Shown here: positions 54,041 through 64,000 of the stretch, piece by piece
Numbering within the stretch: position 1 is the stretch's first letter
How the letters are laid out: each line of letters opens with the position of its first letter
Assembly (NCBI RefSeq): GCF_001194135.2
Contig: NC_069003.1
Coordinates: 28,543,290 to 28,607,289, forward strand
Source: Octopus bimaculoides
Lineage: Eukaryota
Length of the DNA stretch: 64,000 bases
Direction of reading: 5' to 3'
The notes under the pieces: generated by a model
Database searches by the model: none
What the model was told of the DNA's origin: nothing
The model's input: only the letters and a program-made list of their open reading frames with translations
Position numbers and translations under genes: made by a program

Positions 54041-54824
54041 ACACACACCTACAAAGAATTCAAACCAAAAATATATTAAACATGGAATAGATATACTACA
54101 CGAGAACAGAAATGGAATTTACTTATCATTACAAATAACTATAGCTGTAGGAAATAATCTTGTCCAGAAGTATATTAAACTGGAACTTGTGATCAAATTT
54201 GTTTTGGATTATTGAAGTTTGTATACTTAGGTATAACGCCAGCAATTCTATAACTCATAGGGATGGTGTATCGTGAGAAACAGAAGTGTATTACCTTAGA
54301 TGGCGTATTGCAATGAAGCAAATGAAAGTTGAGTTTTCAGATTTCCGTGTTTTTGATTCATTGAATGTGCATATCAATCTTTAAGAGTTAGTTTGAGCGT
54401 TAAATTCTAAATTTTCATTGAGAAAGAAAAAAAAAAGTGACAATAATAGATAGAGGTTAAAAATTAAATCTATATACATGTATATATATATGTGTATATA
54501 GTTGAAATTTATTGGAAAAAAAAAAAAAAAAAAAAAACGAGGACAGGTGTATGAACAAGAAGCAAGTGTATTTGTTTGCCGCTTGAGAAACAAGAATAAG
54601 GGAGAACAAACACAGAGAGAGAAAATGAACAAAAATATGTAGAATTCAGCGGTGCAACATGGCGAATATACATAAAGATACACGCATATACACACACACA
54701 CACACACGTACACATATGTGTGTGCGTGTGCGTTTGTCGGTGTGAGCGTGCGTGTGTGAGTGTGTATTAATATTTCCCTTAGGCTTTGCAATGCTAAATA
54801 CCTAGAGTAGAACTTATATATTCT

Positions 54825-54908
54825 TTTCTATTCTAGGCACAAGGCCTGACATTTTTGGGGAGGGAACCGGTCGATTTGACCCCCCCCCCCAGTACGCAAC
54901 TGGTAGAG
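54825..54908 (-). mobile_element. SINE family C 3' fragment
   Basis: ttctaggcacaaggcctga..ttttggggaggg..gtcgatt..ccccagtacgcaactggta. Confidence 0.65.
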
Positions 54909-57324
54909 CTCATATATATATATATACGCACGAACGCACACACACGCATGTATGTATGTGTGTATCTCTATGTTTATATTTATACATGCATACCAGGAAA
55001 AAGATACGCGCATACCACATATATGCACATGCTTGCGTGCCTGTGTGTGTGTGTGTGTACGTATATGTGCATGTATATGCGTGTCTGCTAAGTGCAGGCA
55101 AAATATAGCGAACATTTAGGTAGCAATGGAAAATCTTTATCCTGTTAAAAAGCTCAAAATTTTATATTAGAACATGTTCTCCAGTCTGTCTGTTGGAAGG
55201 TGTCAATATTGTAATAATAATCAGAATAAGGAGAGTTCGGTTTTGATTTTAAAGTATCTGATTGCTAGTCACATTTTCTTCGACGTTGTATTCCATCATC
55301 CGTCCTTCTTAGATCAATGCAAAAAGAGAAAAAAAAACAAAAAAAACTCAGTAATATATTGGAGTGTGATTAACTTAGACATGCTCTTCGACCTAATGAC
55401 GCCAAAAACGAAATCGGTATTCCAAAAAGAAACGTATGAAGTACCTTAATTTTTCTCAGTTCAAGGAGAATTGTTCCAAAGATTAATTATATTGTTGCTA
55501 TAGATCTCAAAACACAATGAATACAAATGTGACATTAGAAAATACATTAACTATAGGCATTTATTGAGCTATGTAGTTTATTCAATGGCATCAGTAATAA
55601 GAAAAATTCAATGCTACGAGTATACAAACTTGTATCTCCTTCTCTCTGTTTCTGTGTCTCTCTGTATTTCTCTCTATACATATATGTATATAAATGTATA
55701 TATAAATGTGTGTGTATGTATACATATATATAGATATATTTAAGTTTGTGTACATATATATACATTCACATACAAGCATACGTACACTTATGTATATATG
55801 TATGTTTGTATGTATGTGTGTGTGTGTGTGTGTATGTATGTATGCTGCATGTATGTATATAAACAAGCAGTTAAATTCAAAATCAATGGATATATAAAAA
55901 TATGTCAGAGAGTTTGCTTTATTTTGAAAAAAAATTAAGTGTTCACATTCATTCTTTTTTTTTTATATATAGCAAAAAAGTCCATATAACGTATTCAAAG
56001 CTAATCTTGAAAAAAACCCCACAAAATACATAAAAACAACGGGTCTTCCAAATAAATGTTTGGAGATATAGCATTGAAACAACCTTAAAACCTTAGAAGA
56101 ATGTAATTATTGAGGATCGATGGAGTTGAGATTCAGATAAAAACAATATAGATGATCATTATATTGGGTTACCTTCTCTCCATAGCAAAAAACATCACCG
56201 ACTGTTAAATATTTAAAACTTGTGTTATATTTTATGTTAGATATCGATCAAGCATGAGGCTAGTTTGGAATGTATGGGATTCTGTTGGAGATTAACTTTG
56301 GAAATTAATGCCTTTCAACGAGCTACCATTATCTTCATAAATACTTTTTCTCACTAAAATATTTTCAATTGGAGATGAAAAGCGGGTTTAGATAAATCTC
56401 TGCAATTTCATCTGAAATGCGTATTGTTTTTCTTTTGTTTATTCAAAGTGTCCCCCTATACAAGGAATTGCATAGGAAACATATCACATAATTAATCTGA
56501 CATACAATTCTATGACTATAAAGATACATTTACAGCTATTTTCATTGACATGCTATTAAAATGTAATAAACACATATGCAACAAAAATACATCTATGAGT
56601 AATTTTCTCCTACTCTTTTGAATGTTCACTATATCAAATAATTCTCGTATCAGAAGCTGGAGACAAACTCACTTGCAAATTGACGTGACAGCACTACAAA
56701 ATATTGAATAACAAATATGCTAAATTTTTATTTTTACACAATTTAATCAGAAAAGGAATAGCAGCGCTTGTAACCTCTTTCAAGATCTGAAATATGAGTG
56801 AGAGGAGGAAGTGGGAAAATACGATTATCTTGAGGTCGTAGGGTTAGTCAAGATGTTTGCAACATTGTAGATTCGGTAAAAGCATTGCCAGGTCAGGTGG
56901 TGGTGGTATCAAAGCCGGAAATGGATTATATCTGTCAAACAAGTAAAGGACTGACTATCCCTCGGTTAGTCATGCAAGGTCCGACGGCCAAATTTCACTC
57001 ATAAGGGTTTGTCATCACAGAATTTAGTCTCTCAATGTGCTGCGTAACGAAATCGAAACTAAAGCCATGTTTCAAAGTGAAATTCTTAACCATAGGGCTA
57101 CACTTATCAATTTAATGTCTGCTTGAAAAAAATGTACTCGCTGGGTGATCAAGACGCTAGCTTTGCCGCCATGTCATGTGGAACAAAACATGTGTGCCGT
57201 TAGATGGTATATATATNNNNNNNNNNNNNNNNNNNNNNNNNNNNNNNNNNNNNNNNNNNNNNNNNNNNNNNNNNNNNNNNNNNNNNNNNNNNNNNNNNNN
57301 NNNNNNNNNNNNNNNNNNNNNNNN

Positions 57325-57360
<36 letters not shown>

Positions 57361-57420
57361 AACATATATAGACATATATATATACACGTACATCCATCAA
57401 TCCATACATACATATATATA

Positions 57421-57484
57421 GGAGCACTCCGTCGGTCACGACGACGAAGGTCCCAGCTGATCCGATCAACGGAACAACATGCTC
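57421..57484 (-). mobile_element. SINE family A 3' tail fragment
   Basis: Reverse complement gttccgttgatcggatcagctgggacc.tcg.cgtcgt.accgacggagtg matches 28910-28962. Confidence 0.8.
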
Positions 57485-58489
57485 TACCATAACTTGTTTT
57501 GAAACAAGCAAAACAAGAAAAATGTAAATCCATAAATGATACATTTTTCAAACCTCAACAATAGTGAGAAACACTAAAAAAAAGAAAGTGAATTTCTTCT
57601 ACCGTTGAATTGCAATGTACCTCAAACTAAACTATCGAACGTTTCCTCGAATTTTAAAGAGAGTTTTGTGTGATTTCCAAAAGACTGGTATCTATTATTA
57701 GCCAGTGGAACCACTTCCTAATTTATTGGTCGGACTATGAAAATGACAACGGTAAAGAAAGGAGAAAGGCATTTACAGGAACAATTATTTTGAATGGTCA
57801 TCCTTATTCCCTAAACATGACAATATGGACATTGAATTTATTGTAGAAATTAGAAAATCCAAACAAACAAAAAAGAAAACAAACTAAATTCCTGCAATCA
57901 AATTCCACATGATGGCAATGAAAGGATTGTTTGATTATTTCAAATTACTTCATTACATGTCAGAATTCTAAAGTCATTTTTTTCTGTTGGAATCAACAGC
58001 AGAAAAGAACAACATATTTCTTTTAATTTCAACCCTCCAGTTATTTTTAAAATTAGTACTCTTCCCTATGATAGTTCTAAATTTCTTTTAACGATGTTTG
58101 TTAGATACTGAGTCAAAATAAATATAAATTTATCTTAAACAGGCAGCGAAACCAGATTACAGAAATCATGATTTTTACTTAGACGCTTCTCTTCCTAGAC
58201 AATATAATATCCTAAGCTTTTTATATAATTTAATTTTATTTCTACAGCGTTTTACAGAAGTTCAGTTATTTATTTTTTTTCTTAGCGTGCTGATTAAAGT
58301 GGTTGAATTGAACTAAAAAATACAATGTTCCTATAAGTGGCCTTCTCTTCACAATTCTAGTCGCCCAGCTGCACCGTTTCCCTTTTATGGTAAGGATGAT
58401 GATACGCTGCCCAGCATGGCCGCAGTCTAATGACTGAAGCAGGTAAAAGATGAAAGATAAAAGGTGATAAAATAATGATTTCCATCGTC

Positions 58490-58830
58490 ATTATTGTCAT
58501 CATGTACATCATCGTTACTGTCCATATCATCATCACATCACTATAGCACCAACACCACAGCCACCACCACAGAACCATCACCACCACCACAGAACCATCA
58601 CCACCACCACTAACACAACCATCATCATCATCGTCTTCGTGGTCGTCATCATTAGCATCATTGTCGGCCCTATCATCATCATTATCGGTGTTGTCATCGT
58701 CATTAACACCATCCCAAACCCTAGCCCTCATCATTGTCCTCATCGTCGTCATCGTCGTCGTCGTCGTCGTCGTCACCGTCGTCGTCGTCGTCGTCATCAT
58801 CGTCGTTGCCATCGTCATCATGACCATCAA
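58490..58830. repeat. Compound (CAT/CAC/CGT)n trinucleotide repeat
   Basis: Source of the T-, D-, V- and R-rich ORFs at 58357, 58639 and 58661. Confidence 0.9.
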
Positions 58831-59044
58831 AACATTTCTTCAATGAATCTGCCGAAAAATACGATTTCCTGGCATTTATTAATAAATTTCAACCGGAAAA
58901 TAGGTTTCTATTATTCTTCAAAGTCTGTGAATTCCACTGTAAATTCTAATGTGCGCAAAACGAAGATTAAATTTACCATGAAACGGATTTGCAATGCATG
59001 AACTTTTTAGCTGGATCAAACCAGGTAAAACATGTTATTATTAA

Positions 59045-59217
<173 letters not shown>

Positions 59218-59284
59218 TTTATCATCTTTATTATTATTGTTGTTGTTGTTATATGAATGCTCAGAGGCAGTTCTTCGGGCTCTA

Positions 59285-59410
59285 TATTCTGAGTTCAAAT
59301 TCCGCCGAGGTGAACTTTTGCTTTCATCCTTTCTGGGTCGATAAAATAAATACCAGCAGAGTACTGGGATCGACGTAATCCACTTAATCCCTCCTCTGAA
59401 ATTTCTGGAT
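59285..59410 (+). mobile_element. SINE family C, 5'-truncated
   Basis: ttctgagttcaaattccgccgaggt..tttgctttcatcct..ggtcgataaa aligns with 60045-60170. Confidence 0.75.
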
Positions 59411-59974
59411 CTCCGTTTGCAAGACACACTTCTCCACAGCTTATCTCTTTCACGAAGTTGCAATCTTGGGTCAAAAAAAAAAAAGGCCAAGATTAGGCGC
59501 CAGACATCTGCAATGTTGTTAGGCGCTCACTGTCCTCTACCAGTTGGTCAATACGGTCGGTAGAAGTTCTTTGGTAGCAATATATAGAAAATTAGAGGTG
59601 GGTATGAGTGATGACGTTCTCGGAGAAACTCTAGGCGTCGAAGAGGATGAAGCATTTGGTCCATTTCGAAGGACTTTCGGTCCCGGTACTACCATGAATA
59701 ACTTCTGGAAATCTCTGACTTGTCAGTGCTACTGAGCACTGCCAGTTTAAGGTAAACTCTACCGAGAAGGAAGAGTTTACCGGTCGAAAATAAGAGTTTC
59801 GACTGTTATTTCCAGCAGGTAGACATACTTAGTATGTTCTTTCATTAATTTTAATCCTTCAGTTATTTAATCCTTTTTGGCTCTGAAATCGTCTATATTA
59901 TTGATTCTATTATCATCATTTTTAATTGTTACACTAGATAATAAGAGAGTCAATGATATCTTCGCAAGTATTAA

Positions 59975-60189
59975 GACGGCGAGCTGGCAGAAACGTTAGC
60001 ACGCCGGGCGAAATGCTTAGCGGAATTTCGTCTGTCTTTACGTTCTGAGTTCAAATTTCGCCGAGGTCGACTTTGCCTTTCATCCTTCCGGGTTCGATAA
60101 ATTAAGTACCAATTGCGTACTGGGCTCGATCTAATGGACTGGCCCCCTCCCCCAAAATTTCGGGCCTCGGTCCTAGAGTAGAAAAAAAA
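59975..60189 (+). mobile_element. SINE family C, near full length
   Basis: ggcgagctggcagaaacgttagc (A box-like), gagttcaaatt (B box-like), A-rich tail; several other copies in the window. Confidence 0.8.
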
Positions 60190-60859
60190 TATTTTCTCCT
60201 GAATCATTTCCTCCGTATTGAAATTATATATATACATATATCGTATGCTGAGATGCAATAATTATTTTTTTCACAGACTCAACTTATTTTCATTTGTCAC
60301 ACGCATTATCACAGACAAACTGGCGATCACGATCTCTCTTTCGAAGGTTTGCAGACTTATACACCTGAAGAAAATAGCATATATGAAAGACTATAACATG
60401 AATAAAAGGGCCATGTTTCCCAAAACGATATATAGTTTTTTCTGCCTGTCCGTCTGTCTGTCTGTCCATACATACATACATACATACATGCATACATGCA
60501 TACATACAGTTTTGCTCTAAACTCAGAATTCGGTGTCTACAATTGGCCCCTCATAGCAATTTACCATAGTTGCTGTTTAGTTTCCGAAGTTGAGATCGAA
60601 TTGATTTACGATCAAAAGTATTCTAAAAACTTGTTTAGGGAGCCCTAAATTATATATAATTAAAGTAAGGGTGATTTGAGGGAAATTTGGCTTTAATTTC
60701 TTGCAGACTGGGCGACCACAAAGATATTCTCTCGATCATTTATATAACGATGTGATAATTTGGAACAAAGATTTATATTGAATTGAATGTGGAGGTTTCG
60801 CAAGAAATAATAGATGGAAAAAGTATTGAGATGTCTCTAATTTTGGGGCATGAAAATAC

Positions 60860-61020
60860 GTTTTTGGCGGTAGGGAAGTCTTTTCAACGAGAAGTGACAT
60901 TTAATCAACTATGGTATTTATATGGAGTTACAGAATGCTGAAAGCAATTCTTCGGAAATCTGCAGAACTCCACGTGGCCTAACTCTGGGCAGCTTCGGAA
61001 TCATTTACCAACTGAATTAA
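60860..61020 (+). mobile_element. Highly decayed RTE-type LINE fragment
   Basis: Pieces LYGVTE, RMLKAILRKS and GQLRNHLP resemble RTE LYGxxxW...RMLRAILNxSW...QLYGHLP. Confidence 0.4.
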
Positions 61021-61781
61021 ATATGAAAAGGAAAAAAGAAAAATTGAAGGGATTAAAGGCAAAACGTATAAATAAAAAAATACCCCAAAAGCCACAGAAA
61101 AAAAAAATTAGGAAGTCTAAAAGGATACGTCTCAAAGTACATCAATCATTCAATAAAAAAAATGAATAAATTTGAAGAGTAATAAATGATAAAAGTGTTG
61201 TGAGATACAACACAAAAATCCAATTACATCGAAACGAATGTCATAGAAGTAGGAACTTAGTGGAGACGCTATGATAATCCGTTTGAAAAGGTTAGAGAAT
61301 GTCTCAACATGAAAACTGAAGTGAGAGATGGATTTATGTAAGCTAACAGTAAAACTGTCCTCTGACACAGTATATAATTCGCTACTTGACAACATTCGCC
61401 AGAGGATTTAAGTAAATGTATGAATTTAGATCAATTAGAATGCAGGAACTCTCTATGGAATGATAAAAAAAAGGATTTAGTTATGAGCTGTTGCTTATAA
61501 TCAATAATTGATTTTTTTAAATCTTGTTTTTATTTATATCAAATAATTATATATTTGTCAGATATTTTTGTATCAGTTACATATATTCCATTCTTCTTTT
61601 CATAGCAGAGATATTTTACTTTTTTCGCTATTTCCTCGGGGATAGAGGTTTTTTAATATTCAAATGACAGTAACACACATACGACAATGAAAGAAAGAAT
61701 ACATATTATTTTAACTGTGAAGAAGCATGGCTTATTGGTTAGAGATGTTGGACTCATACTATACTAAGAGTTTAAATTAAA

Positions 61782-62160
61782 AAGAAGACATAGTGAACCG
61801 CAGTAAAATCTAAGAATCTAAAAGTTGATAATAATGGTAACAAAAATCTTAGTAATGGAGAAAGGGAGAGAATCCAATAAATTCTTTATATACTACTCAT
61901 TATGTAAACAAACGTATATAATGAAGGCTGGATTTTAAATATAATTAATTAACCATAATATAGTATCATATTAAAATACGAATTGCAATAAGCAATTCTA
62001 TATTTACAATCCATTCTTCATTATATACGTTTATTTACATAATGAGTAGTATATAAAGAATTTATTGGATTCCCTCCCTTTCTCCATTACTAACATTTTT
62101 GTTACCATTATTATTAACTTTTAGATTTTTAGATTTTACTGCGGTTCACTATGTCTTCTT
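61782..62160. repeat. Near-perfect long inverted repeat (163/162-bp arms, 54-bp spacer)
   Basis: 61782-61944 vs reverse complement of 61999-62160: 8 substitutions and 1 indel counted by hand. Confidence 0.95.
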
Positions 62161-62340
62161 GGTTCAATTTCCATCGATCAACCCTTTTAAGGTTGTAAAT
62201 AATGTCGCTATCGTTCTCCTGTAGTCTTGCCTTTATTCTGTCGCAGATTGCCTTTTGTTCATCTACCATGTCGCCGTTAGTTTTATTGTCTTCTTTTAGA
62301 CCATCTATATGTCTTTCAAGTAAACTACCACAGCTCCTTT
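62161..62340 (-). mobile_element. Possible R4/Dong-like non-LTR retroelement fragment
   Basis: Minus frame ...KAICDRIKARLQENDSDIIYNLKRVDRWKLNQEDIVN loosely resembles the pre-RT region of R4-type ORFs; weak. Confidence 0.25.
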
Positions 62341-62555
62341 CCTGTGCTATGAGATTCTTCTTCTTCTTCTTCTTCTTATTATTATTATTGTTGTTGTTAT
62401 TATTATTATTATCCTATATTTTATCGGCACAGCTCTGTGCAACCCCCAAAAACCTGTTACCGACAGTTGATATCAGTAGACTGTAGCCGGCATAATACAC
62501 TACTTTTATATGCATATTCAAAAAGTCTCCCGTAAACGATCAGAAAAGAAATGTA

Positions 62556-62611
<56 letters not shown>

Positions 62612-62644
62612 GACATATCCATTCATGTATGTATACACACAGGC

Positions 62645-62701
<57 letters not shown>

Positions 62702-63554
62702 CACATACATATACATACATATACATATATATCTTAATATACATGTATAGAAAGACATACAAATGCACTCACATGACATACTTATGCGTAAATGGTGGTG
62801 TGTGGATGAGTGCATGTATAAGCACAACAGAATAAAAAAATTAATTAAAAATATATATAAAAATAATAGTTTGGGCTAAAATAATTAAAACGCTACATAA
62901 TAGCTGAGGCAGTTTGTAAGCTGCTTGCTATCATCCCTCTGTATTTTTCTATTCAATAAAATTGAAAAAACTTAAGACGCCATGAGGACAGACAATGGAA
63001 TTTATTTATTCTGGAGGCAACAGAAAAATGATATAATGACATAAAGAAATAAATGCGATATTAAAACAATAATAGTAAAGTTTACGCGCCTGAACACACA
63101 TATATATATATTATATGTATATATTGTAAGACAAGGAGACATATTACAGACAGGCATACACACGAATAGAGTTAGCCAGACTAAGAAATGAGTAGACAAT
63201 GAAAAAGAAAACAGAACGGAATAAAATGTGTCGTGCAAGAATTTGCTTCTGATGTGACAGTAGCATAACCTACATAATACGTAAAACATGTAACCTGTAT
63301 CCTTTCATTCGGCATACATTCTTTAATTCACTTCCTAGAACATTATATAGGATGCAGGTGAAATAATGAAAAAAAGAAAACGGAAAACAGAATGAAAACC
63401 AAACAAATGAAAGAGAAAAGGAATGGAGTCTGGTATAGTATTTTGCCTAGGTAGTTTGTTTTACAACCAGCTCCGATGCCCGTAGGCAATGTTCAGGGAA
63501 ATGTATTCCACTCAAAATTCCAATTAACCAATATTTTGTAAGTGAAAATAGGTA

Positions 63555-64000
63555 GGCATGGCTAGTTAGAGATATGGTAGTACGATGTGGTTTTGTTTGA
63601 GTTCCACTGCGCAGTGACTTAGACAAGTGTCTACTTGTGTAGCCAATAAAACTATGTGAGTGAATTCGGTAAACGGAGAAAACATGGAAGTCCAATATGT
63701 ATATATTGGCTGTATGGTAAGAAACTTGCTTCCCAAACACATAATATCGGGTTCAGTCCCATGCGTGGCACTGTCGGTAAGTGTCTTTTACAATAGCCTC
63801 GGGCTGACCAAAGCCTTGTGAATGTATTTGGTAGACGTATGTGTGTATGTGTGTGTGCATTTGTGTTTGTCCCCCACCACTATTGCTTGACAACCGGTGT
63901 TAGTTCATTTACGTCCCTGTAAGAGACTAAGTACTAGGCTTACAAAGAATAATGCCTGGGGTCGATTTCTTCGACTTAAACCCTTTAAGGCGGTACTCCT
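63555..64000 (+). mobile_element. Two tandem SINE family B copies (old head at 63555-63690; younger copy from 63705 running off the window)
   Basis: tggctgtatggtaagaaacttgcttcc...gggttcagtccc...agcctcgggctgaccaaagccttgtga...aaagaataa..cctgggg gtcgatt. Confidence 0.8.

Overview
Eukaryotic, very AT-rich, microsatellite-saturated draft-assembly DNA with many N gaps. The SINE/LINE/mariner repertoire points to a coleoid cephalopod, most likely Octopus (inference; no database search was run). No host protein-coding exon could be identified with confidence. Nearly all ORFs in the track are microsatellite translations, N-gap read-throughs or transposon debris. The window looks like intronic or intergenic DNA containing: (i) at least three tRNA-headed or SINE-like families (called A, B, C here) plus an unclassified repeat D, with two family-A copies retaining 12-bp target-site duplications; (ii) decayed LINE fragments (CR1-type RT, RTE endonuclease and RT); (iii) an internally deleted DD34D mariner; (iv) several MITE-like elements; (v) Penelope-like element (PLE) remnants, namely two GIY-YIG fragments and an intact-looking minimal type I hammerhead ribozyme at 49351-49396 (-), plus several degenerate hammerhead-like cores, two of which sit in the arms of an inverted repeat; (vi) a ~95% identical 163-bp-arm foldback at 61782-62160. 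An Illumina adapter remnant and a gap-flanking duplication are probable assembly artefacts. Several splice-site-bounded candidate exons are listed only at low confidence.
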